Below, one piece after another: positions 1 to 14,001 of a DNA stretch of 64,000 bases (the stretch's first letter is position 1; each line of letters opens with the position of its first letter). A program made the position numbers and the translations under genes. Where the stretch lies: the NCBI RefSeq assembly GCF_009914755.1, contig NC_060942.1, one strand, 5' to 3'. The stretch is from the human T2T-CHM13v2.0 reference genome, Homo sapiens. The notes below the pieces were generated by a model. It was not told the origin of the DNA. It saw only the letters and a program-made list of their open reading frames with translations, and made no database searches.

Positions 1-15
1 GCGAGACTCTGTCTC

Positions 16-59
<44 letters not shown>

Positions 60-61
60 TC
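1..61 (+). repeat. Alu 3' end with poly(A) and (AT)n
   Basis: gcgagactctgtctc + A-tract + atatat. Confidence 0.85.
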
Positions 62-200
62 TTTAAAATTCCTGGAATTATCATCTAAGATCACTGAAAC
101 AAGAGAGCCAGTATCTCCATTTCATCCTGAGCATAAAGCATTTGTAAGTAAGTGTAGATTCTGTGACAAATAAACACACGATTATATTTCAAGGGATAAA

Positions 201-206
201 TTTATT
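201..206 (-). terminator. Distal polyadenylation signal AATAAA
   Basis: + strand tttatt at 201-206, followed in the transcript direction by GU-rich CGTGTGTTTATTTGT (180-166). Confidence 0.75.
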
Positions 207-501
207 ATTTTCACTACTGGGAGGTAGGTAATCTCAGTATAAGCATTCTTTTTCTCCTTTCTTGAAATCTGTAAACAGCACCCTGCTGTATGTACAAAAG
301 GCTGTCTCAGTGAAATACATTTTTTGATGTGGTTGGTTTTGCTCTTATTCCTGAATAAACTAAGTCTCTCACCTAATCCATCTTTCATTTCAAATATCAA
401 TTTGCTTAGCAAACCCTTTTTGTGCATTTTACACAGGCGAATCTCAGTCCTAGCTCCCTCCCCACCCGGTCAACACACCTCGCATAAATGCAGACATGCC
501 T

Positions 502-680
502 TTAGCCAGGCATGGTGGTGTGCACCTGTAGTCCCAGCTACTCAGCAGGCTGAGGTGGGAGGATCACTTGAGCCAGGAGTTCAAGACGCAAGTGAGCTAT
601 GATCATGCCACTGCACTCTAGCCTGGGTGACAGAGTGAGACTCTGTCTCAAAAAAATAAATATAAATATAAATATAAATG
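502..680 (+). mobile_element. Alu monomer (FRAM/AluJ-like) with (TAAATA)n tail, in the 3' UTR
   Basis: ttagccaggcatggtgg...gagactctgtctcaaaa. Confidence 0.85.
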
Positions 681-1911
681 TAGACATGTAAGACACAGGG
701 CTGCTTCTGCCGAGCACTCGCAGTTCACAGAGGTTATAGGTGAATTAATCCCAAGTGTGAGGTGTACTGTAAATGAAATGAGGTCTATTATACATAGCAA
801 ACTATACTGTATATATTCTCAATTATTTAACTTGGCATATTGGTACTGTATTCTGTTAGCCTGCTATTAATACTCCAAACTCAACATATTACAGGAATCC
901 CTGAAACTTAAGGACTAGGTTAGCAATATGCTAGCAACAACATTTTTGTAACATTCCTGGTGCCAAGTAATACAACAGAGCTTCTCACATCTTCAGAGCA
1001 TTTTTTACTAGAGAATTTCATATCATTCAAGCAGTAACTCATTGTCTATTAGACTAACACAACATGATCATGAAACTGGATGGCAACAAAACTCAAATGG
1101 ACTAACAAAAGATGTCTATGCAGGAAAAGCAAATTTTAGTTTCAGGATTATTAGTAATAAGAACCTCCAATTTATCCCCACTGGAAAATATGCAACATGA
1201 AAAGTAAAAGGAAATTGTTTTAGAAAAATTCCATATAACACAAGATTTTCACATAGTCTCCAGTGGTTAAAAAGAAAAAAGAAACAAGGAACATGTTTAA
1301 TATCTTAAAAAACAGCACTTAAACCTGCAAAAATGTGAATTATTTGATAAATACTTAAAAAACATGTTAATCATGTTTAGATTTGAAAATGTGGCATCAA
1401 TGTGAAGCAGTGCATTCAACCCTCTGTATCAGGAGACAGCGGTGCTGCCTGCCCAAGACTGCAGAGAGCAGAGACACAGCTGCATCTCTCAGCACTCTCC
1501 CCGGCCCCCAAGAAGAGATTCCAATCACAGCATATTCATTTAAAAAGCATTCTAATATAGTAATTAGACTCATCAAATACAAACTTTTTTTCCCCTTTAA
1601 ACTATACTCTAAATTTGGCCAAACTAAGTACTTGATATAAAAATCCTGGCAAAGAGCAGGGGTCCCTGCGGGACTGTGTGGCAAACCCAGACATTCTCTC
1701 GCCTTAGCAGATAAGTCAAAACAAGGACAATCTAAGAGGCCATTCCCTCATCCAATTAGCAATTGAAGGGTTAGAACTGAAATAGTCACTGTTAGAGCAC
1801 AGGAAATAGACACTTACATACTCAAACACACCCCACCAGCCCCGCAACGCTCACAGCTGACAACGGCTGAATTTCATTACAAGCAAATGATTTAATGATA
1901 GCTTTGTTAAG

Positions 1912-2480
<569 letters not shown>

Positions 2481-2755
2481 TTACTGCTGACAAATATTTG
2501 ATTTTAACAATGAATTTCAGGTTTAATGATTTTTTACCTTTCCTCTGAAAGACAGTTGAAAAGGACACAAATGATTCACAACAGAGGTTTATGTTTGAGG
2601 TGATCACCACTAATACACACTTTGAAAAGTACCATCACCATATATATATTTGCTTTAAAAAAATTATGACAAGCTTCAGGTAAAAATAATTTTTAAAGGG
2701 TCCATTTTTCATTTACGTACAATCAGTACATCTTATTTACATATATGACTGGATC

Positions 2756-2761
2756 TTTATT
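2756..2761 (-). terminator. Candidate proximal polyadenylation signal AATAAA (an ATTAAA also lies at 2527-2522)
   Basis: Hexamer visible, with UGUA motifs nearby; usage cannot be shown from sequence. Confidence 0.4.
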
Positions 2762-3310
2762 CTATTTTCTTCATATAAGATATTTTAACTGGTAGGTAAC
2801 TGCTCTATTCTGTTTTTATAGAAAGACTAAACACCTTATTTACAGGCAGTTTTGATGATGCTAGTTTGTCTCCAAATTACGTACTGAATATAGTTAAAAT
2901 CTTAATGAATAACATAAAAATTAAGATCCGGTATTAACAGACTATTTTATGGGTCACACTGGATATTCAAGGAGTCAGCTGCCTAGTGTGTGTCAATTAC
3001 AGCTGCAACAAAACAGAAATCAAGTGTGGTTCTGAAGACCTTGAAAAAGAAGTCTGACTTCTAAGACATTAACCACTGCTTAATACTGCTACTGATGGCA
3101 AATTCTTAAACTGGGTTCATTTCTTCCCTTGTAATAACACTGATTTTTCTAGTGATATTTAACTTTAAAAAGGTATTTTACTTCTTTAACCCTCAGAGAA
3201 CTAGTATATTTCGGCAACTAACCAAAAAAATAATCAGACACATGTATCTTTGCCCATAGTTTCCAAAGGGTTAAAGTGCAGGAATTTTCTATACTGCTAT
3301 ATAAGGCACC

Positions 3311-3544
3311 TTATTCCACTTTTTTCTTAAAGGAAACTTTTTCTTTGGTTTCTTGTAACTTTTCAGTGAGTCTATCTTTTGTTTCTTCCATTTTCTCTGT
3401 GATAAGCTCCTTTGTCTCTTCCATCCTGTCCTGCAGATACTCCTTGACGGGTGGCGGCGTGGACATGTAGCCATGACTGCGCAGATACTTCACAGTGACA
3501 GATGTTCCTCCCAAAGTCACGGTATACCGAGCAGGTGTTGCAAT
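3311..3544 (-). CDS. FAM210A: FAM210A last exon, coding part (IATPARYTV...KKKVE*); total protein 272 aa with a C-terminal coiled coil
   Basis: Acceptor ttgctttttgcttaag|ATT at 3545/3544; 78 codons including TAA; agrees with ORF 3311..3553. Confidence 0.96.
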   Translation of the reverse strand: MATPARYTVTLGGTSVTVKYLRSHGYMSTPPPVKEYLQDRMEETKELITEKMEETKDRLTEKLQETKEKVSFKKKVE

Positions 3545-4267
3545 CTTAAGCAAAAAGCAAACAGAGGCAAATCAAAACCTGGTTATTACTGTCATCTTAG
3601 GCAAAAACAAGTTAAAATTAAAATTCTTGGTAATAACCCATCAGAATAAATTGCCTCATTGTTTCACAAAGCTAATGTAGTAATATCCTATATGGTTTTC
3701 CCTCCTAACAAGAGATATTTCTTCTGTAAACTCATTTTATGAATGTTTGTCCTCTACACAATCCTGACCCAGATAACAGAATCATAGCACTGATGTCCCT
3801 AATCGCATGCTAGTAAACTTGGGGGACAGGTCAACCTGGAAATCAGAAAGAGGACTCAGTACCAGTAAAAACAACAGAGGAACACATGTTTCTATTCCTT
3901 AAAAGCCCTGCCATCCTGCCAAATGCTTTCTATCTGGAGCTAAACTAGAACTGAATGTCTTCAAATGGTGAGAGGCAGAGCATGAAACCACTCTCTGTTG
4001 GGATTTAGGTTAGCTTCACTTCCAAATCCCTTTCCTTTGACTTTTCTAAACCTATGCTACCTTCTCATCACAATCTACCCTGAGTCTCAAATCCTAGCCA
4101 CTAATTTACACAAGGCCAAAAGTAGTAAAATGGCACACCTGCTGCAGACATGCACAGGTTTAACGTTAATTGGAACTTTTAGGACCAATACTAAATAGCA
4201 GATGGATGACTGGTCAAAGAGAACCATACAAGTAAAAAGGCTGCATCATATTCTAAGTCAAAAATCA

Positions 4268-4908
4268 GGTTGGGTGCAGTGGCTCATGCCTGTAATCCCA
4301 GCACTTTGGGAGGCTTAGGTGGGTGGGTCACCTGAGTTCAGGAGTTCAAGACCAGCCTGGCCAACATGGTGAAACCCAGTCTCTAATAAAAGTACAAAAA
4401 TTAGCCGGGCGTGGTGGCAGGCACCTGTAATCCCAGATATTTGAGAAGCTGAGGCAGGAGAATCGCTTGAACCCGGTGGCAGAGGTTGCAGCGAACCGAG
4501 ATTGTACCATTGCGCTCCAGCCTGGGCGACAAGAGTGACGCTACCTCTCAAAACAAAACAAAACAAAAAACATAGGTGTTGGCAGGTACAATGGCTCACG
4601 CCTATAATCCCAGCACTTTGGGAGGCTCAGTCGGGAGGGCTGCTTGAGCTCAGAAGTTCAAGACTAGTCTGGGCAACATAATGAGACCCTGCCATCTCTT
4701 AAAACACAAAGAAAAAGAAAGAAGAAAAAGAAAAGAAAAATACTTAGCCGGGAGTAAGTGGCATGTGCCTGTAGTCCCAGCTACTTGGGAGGCTGATGCA
4801 GGAGGACTGCTCGAGTCTAGGAGTTCGAGGCTGCAGGGAGCTGTGATTGCACGACTGCACTCTAGCCTGGGAAACAGCAAGATCCTGTCTCAAACGAAAC
4901 AAAACAAA
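4268..4908 (+). mobile_element. Tandem Alus (AluS 4268-4570, AluJ-like 4580-4908)
   Basis: Two complete Alu bodies with (CAAAA)n-type tails. Confidence 0.9.
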
Positions 4909-4929
4909 ATGCATAGGTGTGTTGTATAA

Positions 4930-6615
4930 CAAAACTTTGAAAGAGCTGTCTGCTCTATCTCTAATTTCTCTCCTAAACTCACGTTAAGCAAGCTTTCACC
5001 CATACCTCTTCACCAAAACTGCTTTCAAAGTCACAGTGACCTCTACAAAACTAAATCCAGTTGTCAATTTGGAACCAGCCCCTGAACCACTGGAACCATC
5101 CCACACAGCTTTCACCTTCCCTTCACTTGGCTCCAGGCCCTCAACTTGCTGGGCTTCCTTCTAGTTCATGGCGGCTTCTCATTTTTGCCAATTCCTCCCC
5201 TTTCACCCACCTCTGAACGTGGTGTGACAACATTCGATCCCTGGACCTCTTATTTTCTCTACCTATCTCACTCTCTGGTCTTTAGTGCCAACTATACATG
5301 GATGATTCTTAACTTTAATCTCCAGACTGAACTTTTCCCCTGAATTCCAGTATATACAACCACCTCCATTTGCATATCTAATAAGATCTCAAACTTAATG
5401 CAGGTGAGTCACTTAATGGGGATACGGTCTGAGAAATGTGTCATTAGGTGATTTTATTGTTGTGTGAAACTTCACAGAGTGTACTTACACAAACCTAGAT
5501 GGTGTAGCCCTCTGCACACTCAGGCCACAAGGTATAGCCTATTGCTCCTAGGCTACAAACCTGTACAGCACACTACTGTGCCGAACACAGTAGGCAATTA
5601 TAAGACCACAGTAAGTATTTGTATACCTAAACTATCTAAATGTAGAAAAGTTACAGTAAAAATATGACATTCATAAAAACATGGGACCTATGGGACCATC
5701 ACTGTCTGTAGTCCATGGTTAACCGAAATGCTGTTGGGTGGCACATGACTGCATGTTCAAAACTGACCTTCGGATCTTCGACTGTCCTACTTCAAACCTG
5801 CTTCTCTCAAAGTCTTACTCATCTCAGAAAATGGCAATTCTATTCTTCCAGTTGTCCGGGCCAAAAACTTACAAGAAAGCTTCAACCCCTCTTTCTTTTC
5901 CATAATTTATATCCAAACCATCAGAAAACCCCAGCAACCACGTCTTTAAAACGTATCGAGAATCCAACTACTTCCTGCTACCACCTGGGTTCTGGCCACT
6001 ATTGCCTCTCAACTAAAATACTGTAATCACCTCACCTCACACCAGGTCCCTTGGCTTCTCCCCTGATCCCGCCATGGTCTGTTACTAGAGCAGCCAAAGT
6101 GATTTTGATGGAACAGAGGCAGGATGCTTAAAATTGTCCAGTGGCTTTCCATGTCCTCAGGGTAAAAAGCAAAGTCCTTTTAAGGGCCAACAAGGCTGTC
6201 CTGATCTGATGACACGCCATTCTCTGCCCTGTTCACTGATTCCGGTCACACTAGCTTCCCTGCATCCCTCAAATACTCCCAGGATCCTGCAGCCTCAGAA
6301 CTTTGTCTTTCGGATTTTCTCTGTTTGGAATGCTCCTCCCTCTTGGAGGAGCAACTCTCTCACCTTCTCAGCAAGGTGTGCCATCTCCCATTGAAAAACA
6401 AATCCATACCCCCATCCCTGGTTTCCTTTCTTAGCAGTTACCATCATCTACGTACACACACTTTGTGTGTGCATGCATTTCTAACTTTACCTTGTCTCCC
6501 CAACCCACTACCACTCACTACACTATCAGCCCTATGAGGCAGGTATTTTGCACTGTCTTCTTTGATTCGTTTATTCCCAGTACCTAGAATGGTACCTAGC
6601 ACACAGCAGAGGATG
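4930..6615 (+). mobile_element. L2 fragment, interrupted by Tigger3a
   Basis: L2-like text (ctccagactgaacttttcccctgaattccag; gtacctagaatggtacctagcacacag). Confidence 0.7.
5401..5751. mobile_element. Tigger3a/MER7A-like DNA transposon
   Basis: About 350 bp, cag...catgactg ends, gatacggtctgagaaatgtgtcattagg. Confidence 0.8.
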
Positions 6616-7542
6616 ACTAAAACTCTGGGTGTATTTCAAAGAGATTATGAGGCAGTCAGTGAATATATCCCGTAGCCAACTGCCACCAGACCATACATGC
6701 CATACTTCATTTGGGGACTTTGTCTTGTTGAAGCAATAAATCTGTGTCTGTTGCTCTATTTGAGAAACTGGGGGTTACAGATAATACAAAGGAGAATCCC
6801 CTCCATATCTCCTACTTCACAGAGGAATAGTGAGGGGGAAGAAACACCACTGGCACTCATCTCCCTACCATGACGCCTACAGCCTCATTTTCAATCCCAA
6901 CTCCACAAACACGTGCTGAGCATTTTATTCACCTACAGAACATAATACCAGGTGCAGTGAAAAAAAACAAGAAAGAAGACATGATTCTGAGTTCCTGGGA
7001 GCTCCTAATCAAATAAAACAAACACTTAACACCTAGCACACACTGTGCTATCAACTGTCATGCTATGGGAGTGGGATAAGGAGCAATTAAATTAGGGAAG
7101 GTTTACATCAGCATGATAGTTTGACTTACTCGGGTTAAAATTATACCCACCATAATTAGAAACTTGATAATTTTTAAATTTAATACACTTTAATGTAGAA
7201 AAACTCAAAAATTAAATGTTAGCCCTCTCATCAAAATTATAATAAAAGAGGAAATCTACCAAGATTTCAGAGGATGCTAATGAGGATGACAGAATGAAAC
7301 AATGCTACTTTTGAGTAATGCTGTAAAACTGTAATTCTTAGATATTCTTATACAACAGAAGTAAAATAAAACATCTAGTTTCTGTGTTTTCAACTTCCTT
7401 AGGTAGAAGTTTCACAGACCCTCATAAATATTTGTCAGTTTAGAAAATGAGATTAATATGGCTAAACTCCACAATTTACAGTGAGTCTTCCCTTCCAAAA
7501 TAAAGACCCATAGGCATAGAAGCTATCAAGATGATGCTGTCA

Positions 7543-7874
<332 letters not shown>

Positions 7875-8400
7875 TTAAAATGAAACATATGTTAGGTTAA
7901 AATCTAACAGAAAAGGGTTTATCATATAAGACAATTTGGATTAAACCTATTTTACTTGCTAAGAAAAGATGAATTATTAAAAACAGTAAAATAGGGGGAT
8001 CTCCTCTTTTGGCTTTGGAGGCCCCCCCCTTCTGTCTCTGTACAGGGGAGCTTCTTCCTTCTCCCTTCCTTCTTGCCCCTTCTTGCCTATTAAACTCTCT
8101 GCTCCTTAAAACCACACACAAAACAAAACAAAAAACAGTAAAATAAATGCTAAATTTTGCTAACAAATCAGGTGGCATGCAGATCACTGAATAAGAAAAA
8201 ACAAATATAATTATACTTAAAATAATTATATCTCCATTTATCAACGGGAGCAATGTCAAACAGATGACTACTACCATGGAAAATCACATAAGTCTAACAA
8301 TTATCTGACCACAGGAAGTTATGAATGATCTACCAATTTTTAAGGCATTTCTTCCTAAAACCACATTTTTACTTCCACTTTATTTTGTTATCTTGTTATC

Positions 8401-8540
8401 TCCCAGCTACTCGGGAGGCTGAGGTAGGAGAATCACTTTAACCTGGGAGGCGGAGGTTGCAGTGAGCCGAGATGGCATCACTGCACTCCAGCCTGGCAAA
8501 CAAGAGCGAAACTCCATCTCCAAAAAAAAAAAAAAAAAAA
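8401..8540 (+). mobile_element. 5'-truncated Alu right arm
   Basis: tcccagctactcgggagg...poly(A). Confidence 0.85.
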
Positions 8541-8692
8541 TTATCTTACATTATTCACCAGACATATCAGAGATGAAATACAGCGTTTCAAGTTACGAAA
8601 TACAATTGGAAGCTAACATGGAATCTCATGGGAAAGTGAGCAGGTCACCACCAGTGAGTTCTGAGGAGCAATGGGTTTGTTACAGTACCCAC

Positions 8693-8804
8693 CTTAAACA
8701 AGGCATATGCTGTGAGGGCATTTCCACTCTGGGAGTTTTTCAGGATGCTTACCACACTGTCAGGTAACCCAATGAGTTCTAGAAAAGGAACGACATTCAC
8801 TCCT
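8693..8804 (-). CDS. FAM210A: FAM210A exon 3 (112 nt; GVNVVPFLELIGLPDSVVSILKNSQSGNALTAYALFK)
   Basis: Read by hand on the minus strand: (t)12gtag|AGGAGTGAAT...GTTTAAG|gtgggt. Phase 2 in, phase 0 out; 473+112=585 nt keeps the frame. Confidence 0.96.
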
Positions 8805-9244
8805 CTACAAAAAAAAAAAAGTAATTTTCATATGTACAAACTTTTAATGATATTTTCAAAAATTATCTGAAAATACCAAAACCACACTATAATTTTATTA
8901 AATTTTGCTTAAAAGTTGATTCTACATTATCAAGCACTTTACCTTCACTCTAAGAGAACATCTTACTTGATGTACAATATGCAACATGCACACAAACATC
9001 ACATCACACGGTATCTTATCGCCTACAACTTCTATTTGCTTCATGTGGGCATCCTAGTATGTTTAGAAAAATAGAGGCAGTTATTAGAATAAAATTAACA
9101 GCTTTAAATAAACTATGAGAAAAGGATCAGAATCATTTGCCTGGTCTTAGTTTCCTCAACCAAATACCACTTCCTTAGAATGCTCCAACTCACATTTTAA
9201 GACCTAAAATTTTTACCTTTAAAATTACATGGTTTGTTAGTTTG

Positions 9245-9538
9245 TTCTGTTCTGTTTTGAGACAGAATCTTGTTCTGTTGCCAGGCTGGAGTGCAGTGGC
9301 GCAATCTTGGCTCACTGCAACCTCTGACTCCCTGGTTCAAGCGATTCTCCTGCCTCAGCCTCCTGAGTAGCTGGGATTACAGACACGCAACCACCACGCC
9401 TAGCTAATTTTTGTATTTTTAGTAGACATGGGGCTTCATCATGTAGGCCAGGATGGTGTCCATCTCCTGACCTCATGATCTGCCCGCCGCAGCCTTCCAA
9501 AGTGCTGGAATTACAGGCATGAGCCACAGTGCCCAGCC
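9245..9538 (-). mobile_element. AluS (Sc-like)
   Basis: Full reversed dimer. Confidence 0.9.
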
Positions 9539-9780
9539 AATTACATGTAATTTTATGTGTAAAATTGCACTGTAAAAGCAAGAGATATTTTAACATCACT
9601 TTAGTCTGTTATTATGCAAAGAATAAACGACACTATGGGTTTGATGAAAACTTCAATTACTCTAAAAGGATGCTTCTATTCTATTAAAAGACTTAAGGCA
9701 GGTGAAGGAGCAATTAACATATACCGCGACAAATTTCTGGAGACAGGAGAGAAGGCAGAGAAAGTCTCCAACTTGAGCCG

Positions 9781-12700
9781 CAACTTCTTCGTTTCCAGCT
9801 TCCTGATTATTAACATTCCTGAGACCCGACTTCTTTTATTTCCAGTTTCCTGATTATTAACATTCCTGAGCCCTGGCTTATTTCCAGTTACATTCCTGAG
9901 CCCCGACTTCTTTATTTCCAATTTTCTGATTATTAAGTCTTGAGCCATGACTTATTTCCAGTTTCCTTATTAACCTTCCTGAGCCCCTGACCTATTTCCA
10001 GTTTCCTGATTATTAACATTCCTGAGCCCCGACTTCTTTATTTCCAGTTTCCTGATTATTAACATTCCTGAGCCCCGACTTCATTTCCAGTTTCCTGATT
10101 ATTAACATTCCTGAGCCCCGACTTCTTTATTTCCAGTTTCCTGATTATTAACATTCCTGAACCCCGACTTCATTTCCAGTTTCCTGATTATTAACATTCC
10201 TGAGCCCCGACTTCATTTCCAGTTTCCTGATTATTAACATTCCTGAGCCCCGACTTCATTTCCAGTTTCCGGATTATTAACATTCCTGAACCCCGACTTC
10301 TTTATTTCCAATTTCCTGATTATTAACATTCCTAAGCCCCGGCTTCTTGATTTCCAGTTTCCTGATAAGTAACATTCCTGAGCCCCGACTTCTTTATTTC
10401 CAGTTTCCTGATTATTAACATTCCTGAGCCGTGACTTATTTCCAGTTTCCTGATTATTAACATTCCTGAGACCCGACTTCTTTATTTCCAGTTTCCTGAT
10501 TATTAACATTCCTGAGCCGTGACTTATTTCCAGTTTCCTGATTATTAACATTCCTGAGCCCCGACTTATTTCCAGTTTCCTGATTATTAACATTCCTGAG
10601 CCCCGACTTCATTTCCAGTTTCCTGATTATTAACATTCCTGAGCCCTGGCTTCTTTATTTCCGGTTTCCTGATTATTAACATTCCTGAGCCCTGGCTTCT
10701 TTATTTCCAGTTTCCTGATTATTAACATTCCTGAGCCCTGGCTTCTTTATTTCCAGTTTCCTGACTATTAACATTCCTGAGCCCCGACTTCATTTCCAGT
10801 TTCCTGATTATTAACATTCCTGAGCCCTGGCTTCTTTATTTCCGGTTTCCTGATTATTATAATTCCTGAGCCCTGGCTTCTTTATTTCCAGTTTCCTGAT
10901 TATTAACATTCCTGAGCCCAGGCTTCTTTATTTCCAGTTTCCTGATTATTAACATTCCTGAGCCCTGGCTTCTTTATTTCCTGTTTCCTGATTATTAAAA
11001 TTCCTGAGCCCCGACTTCATTTCCAGTTTCCTGATTATTAACATTCCTGAGCCCTAGCTTCTTGATTTCCAGTTTCCTGATTATTAACATTCCTGAGCCC
11101 CGACTTCTTTATTTCCAGTTTCCTGATTATTAACATTCCTGAGCCCCGACTTCATTTCCAGTTTCCTGATTATTAACATTCCTGAGCCCCGACTTCATTT
11201 CCAGTTTCCTGATTATTAACATTCCTGAGCCCTGGCTTCTTGATTTCCAGTTTCCTGATTATTAACATTCCTGAGCCCCGACTTCTTTATTTCCAGTTTC
11301 CTGATTATTAACATTCCTGAGCCGTGACTTATTTCCAGTTTCCTGATTATTAACATTCCTGAGCCCTGGCTTCTTTATTTCCTGTTTCCTGATTATTAAC
11401 ATTCCTGAGCCCTGGCTTCTTTATTTCCTGTTTCCTGATTATTAACATTCCTGAGCCCCGACTTCATTATTTCCAGTTTCCTGATTATTAACATTCCTGA
11501 GCCCCGACTTCATTTCCAGTTTCCTGATTATTAACATTCCTGAGCCCTGGCTTCTTTTTTTCCAGTTTCCTGATTATTAACATTCCTGAGCCCCGACTTC
11601 ATTTCCAGTTTCCTGATTATTAACATTCCTGAGCCCCGACTTATTTCCAGTTTCCTGATTATTAACATTCCTGAGCCGTGACTTCTTTATTTCCAGTTTC
11701 CTGATTATTAACATTCCTGAGCCCCGGCTTCTTTATTTCTTGTTTCCTGATTATTAACATTCCTGAGCCCTGGCTTCTTTATTTCCTGTTTCCTGATTAT
11801 TAACATTCCTGAGACCCGACTTCATTTCCAGTTTCCTGATTATTAACATTCCTGAGCCCTGGCTTCTTTATTTCCAGTTTCCTGATTATTAACATTCCTG
11901 AGCCCCGACTTCATTTCCAGTTTCCTGATTATTAACATTCCTGAGCCCTGGCTTCTTTATTTCCTGTTTCCTCATTATTAACATTCCTGAGCCCCGACTT
12001 CATTATTTCCAGTTTCCTGATTATTAACATTCCTGAGCCCCGACTTCATTTCCAGTTTCCTGATTATTAACATTCCTGAGCCCTGGCCTCTTTATTTCCA
12101 GTTTCCTGATTATTAACATTCCTGAGCCCCGACTTCATTTCCAGTTTCCTGATTATTAACATTTCTGAGCCCTGACCTCTTTATTTCCAGTTTCCTGATT
12201 ATTAACATTCCTGAGCCCTGGCCTCTTTATTTCCAGTTTCCTGATTATTAACATTCCTGAGCCCGACCTCTTTATTTCCAGTTTCCTGATTATTAACATT
12301 CCTGAGCCCTGGCCTCTTTATTTCCAGTTTCCTGATTATTAACATTCCTGAGCCGCTGACCTCTTTATTTCCAGTTTCCTGATTATTAACATTCCTGAGC
12401 CGTGGTGACTTCTTTATTTCCAGTTTCCTGATTATTAACATTCCTGAGCCCCTGACCTCTTTATTTCCAGTTTCCTGATTATTAACATTCCTGAGCCCCG
12501 GCTTCTTTATTTCCAGTTTCCTGATTATTAACATTCCTGAGCCCCGGCTTCTTTATTTCCAGTTTCCTGATTATTAACATTCCTGAGCCCTGGCTTCTTT
12601 ATTTCCAGTTTCCTGATTATTAACATTCCTGAGCCCCTGACCTCTTTATTTCCAGTTTCCTGATTATTAACACTCCTGAGCCCTGGCTTCTTTATTTCCA

Positions 12701-12811
12701 GTTTCCTGATTATTAACAGTCCTGAGCCCCTGACCTCTTTATTTCCAGTTTCCTGATTATTAACATTCCTGAGCCCTGGCTTCTTTATTTCGTTTCCTGA
12801 TTATTAACATT
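9781..12811. repeat. Minisatellite/VNTR, about 3 kb, roughly 65-70 units of 42-48 bp; consensus TTCCTGATTATTAACATTCCTGAGCCCCGACTTC(TTT)ATTTCCAGT
   Basis: Directly visible tandem array with a near-invariant core and a variable segment (cccgacttc / cctggcttc / cgtgactt / ctgacctc). Confidence 0.98.
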
Positions 12812-13221
12812 TTGCCATGATGGCTCTTGCTCTCTTTGGACACTGTGACCCTTCGCCCCTAAATCAGAACGAAGACATTCACCTACATAAGCATCACATT
12901 TATAACATACACAATAGTCTACAGTTAATATATAATCTAGATTACAGTTTCCTAAATTGTCCCAGTATGTCCTTTATGGCTATTTTTCCTGTCTCTCTAG
13001 TCTGCTTTTCTCTAGAAGTGCTTCTCAGCATTCTATGGTGGAGGAGGGCAACATGCAGGCTGGCTACTTGGAAGGACATCTCTCAACTTGGGTTTGTCTG
13101 ATTGTTTCCTCAAGAGGAGATTCACGTTAAGTACTTTCGCACAGGAAAACGACAGAATGGACACTGTCCACCTCAGCACATCACAACAAGGGACACATAA
13201 AGCCAGTCTGTCCATCCTTAG

Positions 13222-14001
<780 letters not shown>

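Noticed and set aside
9676-12534. Repetitive ORFs (MLIIRKLEIKK..., RNVNNQETGNK)
   Set aside because: Translations of the VNTR unit that shift frame with each unit; no gene structure.
9781-12811. CRISPR-like look (constant repeat plus variable spacer)
   Set aside because: The variable parts are short, related and recurrent; there are no cas genes and the context is a human intron. It is a minisatellite.
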